Translations under genes and position numbers: made by a program | NCBI RefSeq assembly: GCF_035084215.1 | Contig: NC_090370.1 | Span: 25,482,001-25,546,000, forward strand | Source: Heptranchias perlo | Taxonomy: Eukaryota | Direction of reading: 5' to 3' | Length of the DNA: 64,000 bases | The notes under the pieces: generated by a model | The model's input: the letters and a program-made list of their open reading frames with translations, nothing else | What the model was told of the DNA's origin: nothing | The model's database searches: none | Shown: one piece after another, positions 43,972-57,748 of the stretch | Position numbering within the stretch: the first letter of the stretch is position 1 | Layout of the letters: every line of letters begins with the position of its first letter

Positions 43972-44140
43972 TCAATTGCTAAATTTAAATCTGAGAGAGA
44001 TAGCTTTTTGGCAACCAAAGGTATTAAGGGATATGGGCCAAAGGCGGGTATATGGAGTGAGATCACAGATCAGCCACGATCTTATCAAATGGCGGAGCAG
44101 GAAAGAGGGGCTGAATGGCCTACTCCCTGTTCCTATGTTC
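43972..44140 (+). mobile_element. 3' end of a CR1-clade LINE (shark HER1-like tail)
   Basis: GGTATTAAGGGATATGGG...GGGGCTGAATGGCCTACTCCCTGTTCCTATGTTC. Same family as 46281-46550. Confidence 0.85.
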
Positions 44141-44599
44141 TTTTTCTTTTGTAATTTCTCTTGAAATCTGGAAGTTTCTCCTATTCACTGCGCGGTATAA
44201 TCTATGTGTCGCTTTTTTATTTAATCCCAATAACCAAAAACGTGTCCTTGATCCTCTTATTCCCGCTAATATTCCGCCCTTTCCCCCGCATCTGGCCCGT
44301 CAGAGCCGTTTTAAGGCGGTGGATTACACTTCAGTCATTTCTTTCTCCTTTTCACCTTTGTTCATTATTCGGGAATATCACTTTCAGAACCGCAATCCTT
44401 TGTAAAGCAGCAATCCCGAAAGGGTGTTCACACCGAGTGCAGAACAGTCTAAAGACTCTGTCACTGTTCGACTTCTGACACCAGGAGTCTCGGCTCCGGT
44501 TTCGATCGCGCTGCAGCTCCTGTGAACAGGGATCAATCCACAATCTGTGGTTTGTTACTTTTACAAAGATTGAGCTGGAATCTGTCCCGTTACAAAATG

Positions 44600-45411
<812 letters not shown>

Positions 45412-45441
45412 AGCGGCCAAGATTTAATCTGATAACCCAAA

Positions 45442-45482
45442 GGCTCTTTTAAGAGCCACCCACTGTATCTTTGAAAGGGCTG
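45442..45482 (+). terminator. Histone stem-loop and downstream element
   Basis: GGCTCT-TTTA-AGAGCC ACCCA ... GAAAGGGCTG. Confidence 0.95.
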
Positions 45483-45584
45483 GTTACTGACTGAAGAGAG
45501 TCAGGGATCAATTTAATAAGGACTTGATTCCGATTCGAGAACTAACAATAACTTGTTGATTACAAATGATCCAGATCGGTCTGT

Positions 45585-45617
45585 TGAAGTACTCGCTTCC
45601 GGACAGCAGATGTCGCC
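45585..45617 (+). promoter_or_regulatory. CTCF-like site downstream of H2A
   Basis: TGAAGTAC-TCGCTTCCGG-ACAGCAGATGTCGCC. Confidence 0.6.
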
Positions 45618-45944
45618 AACCTCCAATAGATTGATATTTGCAGTTTGTGTGGTGAATGAGACAAAATATCAAAATTGTCATTAAACTGGGCGGGTGGGAT
45701 ACAGAAATACCAGGGACGTTTGATCATCGGCATCAAGAGGCATTCTGTTGTGTTCCACCCAATATTATTTACAGTCTTATCCTCCGACAACACTTGTTCG
45801 CTCTTTATTATTTTACCCAGATTTGTAGAGCAGAAGCTGACTGATGTGTTGATTATTGTGTCAGCGATTACTGAATCAGTGAATCACATTTGTCTGTTAT
45901 TGGATGTGAGCGAGGGAATTATTCTGTTCCTGTGTCAGTTGCGA

Positions 45945-46025
45945 CTTCGTGCGGCCGTTGGCTGGTGCTTTACTGAAGGATTTCTTGGTGCCTTTCTTGG
46001 GAGCTGTTTTCTTGTCCTCAGGCAT
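45945..46025 (-). pseudogene. H2B: Truncated H2B pseudogene (first ~27 codons)
   Basis: Reverse strand reads MPEDKKTAPKKGTKKSFSKAPANGRTKS and then unrelated sequence. H2B 5' UTR and promoter homology continues at 46026-46165. Confidence 0.9.
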
Positions 46026-46165
46026 TTTCAAATTAAATTTCTGAACCAGAAATGAGACAAATCCGCTCCGAGCTCTGATGAAATAGGCAGCCCCACAGCC
46101 CTATGGTAATGAGGGATGGGTGAAGGCAATGATTGTGATTTGACGGATGGGAGTGATGCCACCTG

Positions 46166-47050
46166 ACATAGAAAATATGAGTAAGAGTCGGCCATTCCGG
46201 CCTTCGGGTCTGCTCCGCCATTCGAAATGATCATAGCTGATCGTCGAACTCAGTACCCTGTTCCTGCTTTTTCCCCATATAGAAACATAGGAACAGGAGC
46301 AGGCCATTCAGCCCCTCCTGCCTGCTCTGCCATTTGATAAGATCATGGCTGATCTGTGATCGAACGCCATGTATTCGCCTTTGGCCCATATCCCTTAATA
46401 CCTTTGGTTGCCAAAAAGCTATCCATCTCAGATTTAAATTTAGCAATTGAGCTGGTATCAATTGCCGTTTGCGGAAGAGAGTTCCAAACTTCGACCACCC
46501 TTTGTGTGGAGAAATGTTTTTTAATCTCGCTCCTGAAAGGTCTGACTCTAATATCCCTTGATCCCTTTAGCAGTAAGAAATATATCTATCTCATTCTTGA
46601 ATACATCTAATGACTTGGCCTCAACTGCCTTCTGTGGTGGAGAATTCCACAGGTTCACCACCCTCTGAGTGAAGAATTTTCTCCTCATCTCGGTTCCAAA
46701 TTGCATACCCCGTATCCTGAGACTCTGACCCCTGGTTCTGGACTCTCCAGCCATCGGGAACATCCTCCCTGCATCTGGTCTGTCTCGTCCTGTTAGAATT
46801 TTATATGTTTTGAAGAGATCACCTCTCATTCTTTTAACTCTAGTGAATACTGGCCGAGTCGACCCAATCTCTCCTCATACGTCAGTTCTGCCATCCCAGG
46901 AATCAGTCTGGTTAACCTTCGTTGCACTCCCTCCATGGCAAGGACATCCTTCCTCAGATAAGGAGACCAGAACTGCACACAATACTCCAGATGTGGTCTC
47001 ACCAAGGCCCTGTATAACAGCAGTAAGACATCCCCAAAGACATCCCTGTT
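46166..47050 (-). mobile_element. CR1-clade LINE 3' fragment inserted in the psi-H2B promoter, with a nested second CR1 tail (46281-46550)
   Basis: LYRALVRPHLEYCVQFWSPY...; RRKFFTQRVVNLWNS. The nested element is flanked by ATAT (46277-46280 and 46551-46554). Confidence 0.9.
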
Positions 47051-50000
47051 TCTTTCACTCTCTGATTGGATATCTGAAGGAATCAATCAGATTTAGTACC
47101 TGCCACCAATCACAAACACGCTCACACTGCACATTGTCCGGTTTCAGCAATTTGTTCCGAACTGTTGCAGTTCTGCTTCCGGCCAGTAGATGTCCCCAAA
47201 CCCCGGGACAGTGAAGTTTGCAGATGAGAGAGGGACAGAACAGAAACTAATTCTTCACATTATATTGCACGAGTGGGATTTAGAAAAACTGGGAATGGAG
47301 ACGAGCTGCAAATGCATTTTGTTTGACCAAACATTAGTTGTAATGCTGTGTTACATTCTTATAATTGATTTAGGGGGTTATAGTCAATACTGAGGAAGAC
47401 TGCAACAAAGTAAGTCTGCAGAACGGCCGTGTTCATGACCATTGAATTTCAATATAGAAAGGTGTGAGCTGGTGCATTTTGCCTGGGGAACAAGTTGGCC
47501 ACATACTGCTTGGAAAATAAGAGTCTAAACGGGGTAGAGGAGCAATGTAAATCGAGCTGAGAAATCAGAGAGGAATACTGCGCAATGTACAGTGAAATAT
47601 AATGGGGAAAATTCACAACTATTGAATGAGTAAAACAAAACTTTATTATGAATATATTGTCCTCATTTTTTTACGATCAAAATGTGGAAAAATACGAGAG
47701 TAGAAGTTGGAGACAGAAACTTTCCTCACATTGCACATTGTCCTGTTTCTGTAACCACGACAGAAAATGTGAATTTGTTCCACTCTTTTGCAGTTCTCGC
47801 TTACGTCCAGTCGATGCCAGTCTCTGGTACTGTATATGAGAGTGGGGTTAATTCTGTATTTGTTGGTATCTGGTACTGTACACGAGTGTGGGATTTATTC
47901 TGTATCTGTCTGTCTCTTTTACTGTGTGTGAGTGTGGGATTTGTTCTGTATCTGTCAGTTTCTGGTACTTTACATGAGTGTGGGATTTATTCTGTATCTG
48001 TCAGTCTCTGGTACTGTCTGTGCGTGTGGGATTCATTCTGTGCCTGTCAGTCTCTGGTACTGTACATGTTTTTGGGGTTTATTCTGTATCTTTCACTCTC
48101 TGGTACTGTAAGCCAGTGTGGGCTTTATTCTGAATCTGTCTGTCTCCGGTGCTGTGTGCGAGTGTGGGTTTTATTCTGTATTTGTCACTCTCTGATACTG
48201 TATATGAGTGTGGGGTTTTATTCTGTATTTGTCACTCTCTGATACTATATATGAGTGTGGGACTAATTCTGTAACTGACATTCTCTGGTTCTTGCTGTGA
48301 GTGTGGGATTCATTCTGTATCTGTCATTCTCTGGTTGTTGCTGTGAGTGTGGAATTCATTCTGTATCAGCCATTCTCTGCTACTTTATCTCAGTGTGGGA
48401 TTCATTCTGCAATTCAGTCTCTGAGCCAATGTGCAAGTCTGGATTCACTCTGTTTTCTTATTTCAGTTTACATTATTTTATTTGAAACTATATATTTAAT
48501 ACTTTAAAGTACATGCTTTTTTGTCGAGTGTTTAATTTGTAAATATTGATACACTTTTGGATTTTCTTTAATCAAACAATGTGTGTGAGTTTTGGAGCAG
48601 TGTTATATCTTAATCTCTGAACTCTATTGTGAATGACAATGTACCTTTCAATCTGTTCACGGTGAAATTATTGGACTGGTATATAATGTGTAACTCAGTC
48701 TATAATAATAGAATTAATTCTGTATCTCAGTCTGATACTGTATGAGATTTTTGGACTGGTGCGTAACATGTAGCTCAGTGCATGCTAATGGAATTGATGT
48801 TGTATCTTTGAGTCTGATATGGTATGAAATTGTTCGACTGCAATGTAATGTTTTGCTCAGTCTGCACTAATCGAATTCAAACATTATCTTTCAATATGAC
48901 AATATAAGATTTTTGGACTGGCTTGTTATGTGTAACTCCGTCTGCAATAATGTGACTGTGAGATTCATTCTGTATCTGTCTGACTGTGGTACTTTGTGAT
49001 TCATTCTGTTACTGTCAGTCTCCGGCACGTGTTAATTTGGGATTCACTCCATATCTGTCAGTCTCTGATGCTGTATTTGAGTGAGACATTCATTCCATTT
49101 CCATCAATCTCTGATACTGTCTATGAGTGATATAAATTCTGTATCTGTCAGTCTGTGCTACTGTCTGTGAGTGTGGGATTTGTTCTGTATCTATCAATCA
49201 CTGGAACATTGTGTGAGTGTGAGAATCATTCTATTTGTCAGTCACTGTCACTGGATCTGAGTATGAGATTAATTCTTTATCTGTATCTAATTTGTATCTG
49301 TGTTTAGAATATGGCGTTCAAAACTGTATCTTTCATACCTAAATGTATAAATAATTTTTCCCAGTATTTAAGTGGTAGATAATCATATACTTTAAAATGT
49401 GATGCTGCAGGTTATAATCAGAGAATGAGTGCACTTTTTGGGCTACTCTTAAATCTGCATCGATGTGAACACAACTGTGATTTAGTGCATCTTCCAAACT
49501 GATATGGTGGCACTTTTGAACTTGTATATAATGTGTAGGTCAGTCTGCATGAATGCAATACTGTATATTTCAGTCTGAATCTGCATCAGATATTTTTTGT
49601 AGTGGTTTATAATATGTAGCTCAATCTGCACTAATGGAATTGATACTGTATCTTTCAATCTGACACTGAGATTTTTGGACTGGTACGTAATTTGTAACTC
49701 AGCCTGCACAAATGGAGGTGACTGCGAGATTGACTTTGTATCTCTCACTCCGTGATACTGTGTGGGATTCATTCTGTTTCTGTCAGTTTCCAGTATTGTA
49801 TGTGGGTGTTGAATTCATTTTAAATATGCAATTTCTCAAACTGTCTGCCCGTGTGGGATTGAATCAATAACCTGGTACTCTATGATTTGAGAGATTCATT
49901 CTGTATATACAATCGCTGGTACTGTGTGTGAGTGTGGGATTCATTCTGTATCTAAGTCTCTGGTACTGTGTGTGAGTGTGGGTTTCAGTCTTTTTATACA

Positions 50001-51680
50001 GTCTCTAATATTGTGTGTGTTGAATTCATTACATATATGCAGTTTCTCAAACTCTAAGTTTGTGATTCAGTCTGAATCTCTCAGTCTCTGGTACTGTGAG
50101 TGTGGGATTCATACTTTATCTGCCAGTATCTGGTACATTATGAGAGTGTGGGACTCATTCTGTATCTGTCAATTCTGGTACCATACATGAGTGCGGGATT
50201 CATTCTGTATCTGTCTATAATTATTCTCTCAGATTATATTATGGCATTCAATACTGTAGCTTTAATATCTTCATGTTTAGTTTTTCTCACTATTTAATTG
50301 GTAAATATGGATAAACTTTAGGATTTGTTGCTGGAGGTTTTTAATCAGATAATTTGTGTGCTTTTTGGACCACTATTAAATCTATATTTCTGTGTAATAT
50401 TGTGAATGATAATATATATTTCAAACTGATAGTGATTTTTGAATTGGTACATAATGTGCAGCTCAGTCTGTACTATTGTAATCGATACTGTGTCTTTCAA
50501 TCTAATATTGTATGAGAATTTTGGACTGGTATGTAATTTATATCTCAGTCAGCACTAATAGAATTGATACAGGATCTTTACATCTCATACAATGAGTGTA
50601 TTATAAACTGGTCTATAATTTGTTTCTCAGGTTACACTGTCACAGCATTTCTCAATCTGATAATGTACATGTGTTTAAGACTTGCCTGCAGTTTGTCTCT
50701 CATGATAACACTATTTGAATCGATACTGCATGTATTAAACTCACATGTGAGAGTTCAGGGCGAGTATTCAATTGAAATCTCGAGGTACATTATTGGGGTT
50801 CATTCTGTACCTTTGAATCGGGTACCATGTGTGATTTCTATCTGGTATTTAATTCGGAGCTAATGTTGCCCTATTGTGAGATTGACACAGTGCCTTTCAA
50901 TCTGAAAGCATGATTTTGAACTGGGATTTTTGCATCCACCTGTCAGCGGGACTGAGTTCGGGGGAAATGGTGAACAGCGTCTGCCTCACCTGCTCTGTTT
51001 GATGGTTGGATTGAAAATGTGTCTCTGGAACTTGGGATCAGTGTGGGACTGACCACTTCTGCTGTCTGAGACTGTGGAACTGATGACCTGTCTGTGTCTC
51101 TGTGTGTGATAATGTACCTACTGTTTGTGAGAAGGAGCTGGCCGCACTGTTCCTTCTGCCTCGGGTGGAGGAAACATCACATTTATTCTGGGTCCTTCAA
51201 GGATTTGCCTGTAGAAAGAAAATTATATCTTGTTACTCAGGAACAGGTGAAGTAGAAAATACAAAAGTGATCAATTTAATATCTCTGTTAATGATCATTT
51301 CGAATATCCACAAGTGAAAACCAGTGATACAAAGAGTGTCAGTGTCTGACTCCACTGCAGTACTGCAGCTCTCAGCTTCTGTATACCAGGTGTGTTGGGC
51401 GATTTTAAAACAATTTAGTGACATCCAGACAGAACCCAACCCCTGCACTGAACCATGAATGGGACTACCCGATGGGGCGGGGACCTTTGTGCAGGTCAGG
51501 TTTCGAATCTCCTCTCCCATGGGACTAACCGTTCAACTGAAAGCAAAGAGCCGCTGTTTGAAATGTGTCCTTCACACTTCTCACCTGGTGCCGGCAGTAG
51601 ATGCTTTTTGTTTCACTCCCCACATCCTGACTGTCCGGCTCTGTTTCCACTGTTCACTGTCCAATCACAATAAACAGAAT
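47050..51680 (-). repeat. Inverted spacer module C (paralog of 34.8-37.75 kb and of 37.78-38.7 kb), with CTCF-like sites at 47166-47197 and 47789-47820 and degenerate satellite tracts at 47821-50220
   Basis: The reverse complement is collinear with module A; compare ORF pairs 37426-/47190+, 37911+/51233- and 37775-/51459+. Confidence 0.9.
51122..51208 (-). other. Putative non-coding exon 2
   Basis: Reverse strand: TTTTCTTTCTACAG|GCAAATCC...AAACA|GTAGGT. Confidence 0.5.
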
Positions 51681-51934
51681 GAGACTGGAACTAAACCAGG
51701 AACAATTCACTCCTGGTTTGGGGAGTCAAAGCAGCAATGATTTTAATAGCAGGTTCTTGACATTCTGTCTCCCTTCCCCTGGACACACACAGCAGGTTCT
51801 TCCCATTCTGTCTCCCACACCCTGGACACACACAGCCCGAGAATGCCCTCTCCCTTCCCCCACTCACTCCATGTTCCGGGACCAGTTCCTGATCCACTCC
51901 GCCTCTTACAAACAGCCCCCGGACTCCCCCTGAC

Positions 51935-52200
51935 CTTCCCCCGGACTCAATGCCGATCTCTGAGCCCATCTGCGGACACGGTCCCGAAGCGATGAGCTGC
52001 TGTAACGAGGCTGCTCTTTGCTCCCTTCCCCCGGGGGCCGTGATCTCTCCATTCCCGGCTGTTTTTAACCATCTTCTTCCGCTCACTGAGGGAATGTCGC
52101 CCACAGGCCGAGCTGGGGGGGGGGGAGCGCGCATGCGCTCTTCTGCTCACCAGCGCTGAGGGCGGGGCTGAATCACGCATGCGCAGATATCTGGTTTAAT
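51935..52200 (-). promoter_or_regulatory. CpG-rich promoter with two NRF1-type palindromes and a GC box; putative first exon ending at donor AAG|GTCAGG
   Basis: GCGCATGCGC 52129-52138, GGGCGGGGC 52160-52168, ACGCATGCGCA 52175-52185. Direction inferred from the splice donor at 51934. Confidence 0.6.
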
Positions 52201-52944
52201 TCCCGATACAAAAATCGATGGAAACTTTCCCCAATTGGAATTTTTCAGAGTCTGAGCAAAGGAAGTGGGGGAAAGGTCAGAGGGAATGGGGTCCACAGGC
52301 AGTGCAGGAACAGGCACCAGAATGGGAAACAGATGGGATTCCACCGGTGCCGAACGCTGGAATCCAGACTGACTTTACAATCTCCAACTATTGAACGAGA
52401 TGTTTCCATCCCTGCTGTTCCTCTCGGTATATTTTGATGGTAAAGGGTCTATCAGAGATAACGTGGGCGGCTGTGGAATGAGCCAACGTGTTCTGTTCAT
52501 TCTTGGTTCCTCTACTGATAAAGTAACGCGTGAACCCGAAACTGGAGGGAGGATTTCTCAAACCAATCCTGGAGAAACATGGGAGGAAAGTGGGGCTCGG
52601 TGTATTTGCTGGGACTGTGCAGGATGAATATCTGACGGCAACAGTCCCAGTTTATTTCAATCAGAGTGAAACTCTCGGTCACTGAGAGTAATACTGAACG
52701 GCCCTCTGCTGCAAGATTACAAAGGGTACAATATGCAAGAGAGGATTAAATGTGTGACACTGTCCCTGAGAGTGGGATTAATAACGTGTCTGTCTCTGGA
52801 ATAAGATCAGTTAGAGATGAGACTGCATCTTCTGTCATTCAACCTTGGAATAGCAATTGGAATGGAATGATTCCCTATTTGTTACTGGGTGAAAACCGCT
52901 CATTACAGCTCAGTTTCTCTGTCTCTCTTGTACTTTATATGGAG

Positions 52945-53260
52945 GTGCGATACTGTTATTGAGCATCATACAGACACACTGATGGGAAGTGTGAGACTGA
53001 TACTGTGCCTGTCTGTATCTCTCTCTCGAGCGCTGTCCATGAAGCTGGGATAATGTTTGCTGAGCGTGAAACGGACACATTGATGGGATGTGTGAGACTG
53101 ATTCTGCGTCTGTCTGACTGTGTCTCTGTCTGTCCGTTTATCAGCCGGTCCGTCTCTCTCTCTCTCTCTCTTTAGTTCTGCACATGAATGCGGGGCACTG
53201 TTACTGAGCGTAATATAGACCCACTGATGGAATGTGAAAGACTGATTCTGTGTCTGTGTT
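52945..53260. repeat. Three degenerate 100-145-bp repeats and a short (CT)n
   Basis: TGAGC....AGACACACTGATGG.A.GTG.GAGACTGAT.CTG at ~52960, ~53060 and ~53205. Confidence 0.6.
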
Positions 53261-53855
53261 CTGTTGGTGAGACGATTACTCTCCCTTCTACTGTATATGA
53301 GCCGGTCTGACGGTGCATTTATCCGCCGAAAAGTAAAGGTGGCGAGAAACAGCCTGTAACAGTCTGACTCCGGACTGTCTGTGAGTGTTGAATTTATTCA
53401 GTAACCAGCCGTCTCTGGGTGTTGAGAATGGGATGGATCGGACGCCAGTTACTATTGCCTGTCAGTCAGTTTAGCAGGAGAAGGAAACACAGAGAGACTG
53501 GAGGAGCCCAGAGCGGATAATTTGAATTTTCAACTTAACCAAACATATTTCTGTGTGCGAACAATACAATAATGTAAAAGCAGACATGGATTATCACAGC
53601 CAGAGCTGTGATTGGCTCCTGTCCCTGAATCTGGAGACCAGAGACTGTGAGGAGCGCCGGCCTCAGAGTGTTTAACAGTTCCTGAGCTGGGAAACTACAA
53701 CCAACCCCGAGAATCCGCAGCACAGGCCGAGCGGGGAGGAAAGTCTGTCCCGGGAATTGTCAATGTGGCGAACAGTTTGTCCTGTGAATGTACAGATGTG
53801 AACATTGTGTCAGAGAGAGTGTGTGAAATGGGCGGGCGGGTTACATTAATGCCAC

Positions 53856-54285
53856 TGTGTTTGTGTGGCCGGTCTCATCGCCGGATGTCCGAGTCCCTTT
53901 TGAGTAAAATTAAAAAAAAATCCCTGTCAAAGGATCGCCCTCCTCCCCTGCCGAGACCCGAAGTGAAAATATAAGGTCCGGTTTTAGTTCAATTCAAGAT
54001 TTCAGCCGAAAAACAGAAATCATGTCAGCGATCGGGTGAGAGAGCGCGATCAGTGCAGCAATGAAACGGGTTTAAATCGAAACTGGTGCTTTTAATTCCG
54101 GTGAAAGTTTTTCGACAGCAAACATTCCGGTGTTGGAGATGGGAAGGGGCTAGTCTGGGACTCTGGAGTGCTGGATTATAATTAGAATCGGGTAGTTTAA
54201 GAGGAGAGAGAAACACAGAGAGGCTGGAGGTGCCGAGAGCTGACAGCAGGGTGTCTCCGCCCCGTCCGCTCTGGGCCTTTAAGTT
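53856..54285 (+). promoter_or_regulatory. H1 promoter: TG box TGTGTTT (53856), H1/AC box AAACACA (54211), GC box (~54257), TATA-like TTTAAG (~54278)
   Basis: Motifs read directly. TG box to AC box spacing is 355 bp. Confidence 0.75.
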
Positions 54286-54361
54286 GCTCTGTGCCGCCGC
54301 CTCTCGTTTCATTTCTGACCCAGCTCTGACTGACAGAGAGATTTTCTTCAGAGTCCCGGAC

Positions 54362-54988
54362 ATGACAGATACTGCAGCCGCCGAAACCGCACCTCCCGCT
54401 GCCGCTCAAACCAATGCTCCGAAGAAGAAGAAGGCGGTTCACCGACCCAAGACAGCCGGTCCCAAATTGGGCGAACAGATCCTCAAGATTGTGGCGGATT
54501 GCAAGGATCGCAAGGGGATATCCCTGGCCGCGATAAAGAAGGTTCTGGCTACCAAAGGCCTGGATGTGGAGAAGCACCGGACCCAGATCAAATTAAGTAT
54601 CAAGAGAAATGTGGAAAAAGGCTCCCTGGTGCAGATCAAGGGCACGGGCGCCTCGGGCTCCTTCAGAGTCGCTAAGAAGGAAGCCCAGGAAAAAGTGGGA
54701 AAGAAGGTGAAGAAACAAGGAACCAAGAAATCTCCCGGAAAGAAACCAGCGGCCAAGAAACCAGCGGCCAAGAAACCAGCGGCCAGGAAATTAACGGCCA
54801 AGAAACCAGCGGTCAAGAAAACAGCTGTCAAGAAATCGACCACAAAGAAGGCGGCGAAATCACCAATTAAGAAGAAAGCGGCTGTGAAGAAGCCCAAGAC
54901 CCCCAAGCCAGTAAAGGCGAAGGCGAAGAAGGTACAAAAACCGAGCGCCAAGCCCAAACCGAAGAAAGCAGCAGGCAAAAAGAAGTAA
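54362..54988 (+). CDS. H1: Histone H1 (208 aa)
   Basis: [12 protein letters not shown]...; globular domain ending [15 protein letters not shown]; K/A/P-rich tail with KKPAA repeats; stem-loop follows. Confidence 0.97.
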   Translation: MTDTAAAETAPPAAAQTNAPKKKKAVHRPKTAGPKLGEQILKIVADCKDRKGISLAAIKKVLATKGLDVEKHRTQIKLSIKRNVEKGSLVQIKGTGASGSFRVAKKEAQEKVGKKVKKQGTKKSPGKKPAAKKPAAKKPAARKLTAKKPAVKKTAVKKSTTKKAAKSPIKKKAAVKKPKTPKPVKAKAKKVQKPSAKPKPKKAAGKKK

Positions 54989-55024
54989 AAAGTCAAGTGC
55001 AACTTGTGACCATCTGAACCCAAC

Positions 55025-55066
55025 GGCTCTTCTCAGAGCCACCCACGTCTCTCAGAAAAGAGCTGA
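55025..55066 (+). terminator. Histone stem-loop and downstream element
   Basis: GGCTCT-TCTC-AGAGCC ACCCA ... GAAAAGAGCTG. Confidence 0.95.
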
Positions 55067-55730
55067 TCCCGGAATCAGATGATTCCTGTCCCGGGGCCGG
55101 GCTCAGATTTCAGATTGAACTCATTTACAATAAACACAGGGTCCTGGTGACTCGCTGACATTCCCAACCCCCGCCCCACTCCCACTGTCTGATATAAAAT
55201 AGAGAGAATGGGATACCCGGGCCGGGTCTCACTGTAACTGGGGGCGTGTTCACCTCCAGTCCCAGTTCATTCTTTTTCTCACAGATTCAGGGCCAGGGTC
55301 CGTGACAGGGGAAAACTGGCGGAGATCCGCCGCTATCACAATTCAAACCCCAACACATGAGATTCTCCAAATCAGCTGGAATAATGTGTTTGTAAACTGC
55401 TGAATCCGTCTGGGAGGGGATGCGTGGGAGATAGAATCGGGTCTGGGACTGAAATGGAAGCCGGCGGGTTGACTAGTGACAGAAAGGACTGTATTTAGGC
55501 AGAAATATTACTGACTGATAATTGTAACGGGGCTTATTTAAAAGCTCCGGGTTTCTGTAAATCCTTGAATATGAAGCCCGAGTCTGTCAGGGTTTGTGCG
55601 GAGCGCTGTGATTCGGTTCTATTATCGATGAACGGTTTAAAATTGGCGGGTGGAGAAAGCTGGAGTTGGAGCTGGAAGATCAGATACCGCTCTCCGCCCT
55701 GTCCATCACTCTGACTCTATCGCCCCTCCC

Positions 55731-55893
55731 TGTTTAATCTCACTCTGTCTGCTCCCCTCCATGTTTAATATCTCACTCTGTCTCCTCCCCTCCCTGTTTA
55801 ATTTCTCACTCTGTCTCCGCCCCTCCATGTTTAATATCTCACTCTGTCTCCTCCCCTCCCTGTTTAATTTCTCACTCTGTCTCCTCCCCTCCC
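55731..55893. repeat. ~33-bp minisatellite (5 copies) in the H4 promoter
   Basis: TGTTTAATWTCTCACTCTGTCTCCTCCCCTCCC starting at 55731, 55762, 55795, 55828 and 55861. Confidence 0.92.
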
Positions 55894-55979
55894 ACTTTCA
55901 CTCTGTGCATGTTTCAGTCAGGTCGGGGCAGTCTGCATAAAAAAGGGAACCAGCACGAGTTCGCTGTTCATTTCAGTGA

Positions 55980-56300
<321 letters not shown>

Positions 56301-56335
56301 ACGACTCGACCCTTTCCAACCAAACACAAAACAAA

Positions 56336-56378
56336 GGCTCTTCTAAGAGCCACCCACCGCCTCACAGAGAGAGCAGTG
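56336..56378 (+). terminator. Histone stem-loop and downstream element
   Basis: GGCTCT-TCTA-AGAGCC ACCCA ... AGAGAGAGCAG. Confidence 0.93.
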
Positions 56379-57053
56379 ACCTGGGAAGGGGGAGTGGGAC
56401 AATCTCGGGGTGGGGAAGTAGTTTCCGATATTCTATTAATATGGGGAGATTTCTCCAGCACTCGTTACAGGGAGATCAGAAAAACGGCCGGGGTTCTCGG
56501 CCATCCCGAGAGAAGGAGCGGAATTCCCGGTTTCACGGTATAAATGAACGGGCGGGGATGCAGAGTCTTTCCACAGACATTACATTCTTCACTCAGAGTA
56601 AAATCCCTCCTCACTCCCTCTCCCGCTCTGTTCTCTCTGCTCGGTGTTTATTTCTTGCCCTCATTCAAATATCAGTTCGATGTGAAGTTTCTGTTTGAGG
56701 AGCCGTTCACCGGGCCGGAACTGGCGGGATTTTTGAAATCGAAGCTGGACTTTGTCCCGCTTCCCACGGAAAGCAATGACCGGGACTTTATTCCCACCCG
56801 TTTACAGATAGGTCAGAGAATGAACCGGAATGTGAATCAGCCTGAGATTTGTGCTGACGAGTAGGAAATAATGGAGATTATAAAGAGAGAGATTCTTAAA
56901 TTGCTGGAGCGAAATGAGATTTTCTTCAAACTGTTATTTGATGCTCTGAAATTGGCGGGCTTTTTGAAATTGATGATTAATTTCAGCTCAGCCAATTGGG
57001 GCCCAAGACCTCCCGCCGTTTCGTTCTGACTGTCAGAGCTCGGTTCAAATCTG

Positions 57054-57674
<621 letters not shown>

Positions 57675-57707
57675 ACCCGACCCGCCTTCAGCACCAAGTG
57701 CAACAAA

Positions 57708-57748
57708 GGCTCTTTTCAGAGCCACCAAATCAGCAAAGGAAAGAGCTG
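57708..57748 (+). terminator. Histone stem-loop and downstream element
   Basis: GGCTCT-TTTC-AGAGCC ACC ... GAAAGAGCTG. Confidence 0.95.

Noticed and set aside
53690-53765. ZNF143/THAP11-like ACTACAA and GGGAATTGT motifs
   Set aside because: Only partial matches with wrong spacing.
54230-54361. N-terminal extensions of the H1, H3, H2A and H2B ORFs in the ORF track
   Set aside because: They start at GTG/TTG in promoter or 5' UTR sequence. Canonical ATGs are at 54362, 57264, 45022/60044 and 43504/61319.
54450-54680. Divergent H1 globular domain as a novel variant
   Set aside because: It differs from mammalian H1 but resembles what I recall of ordinary shark H1, and it has a normal stem-loop. 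Novelty cannot be claimed without a search.
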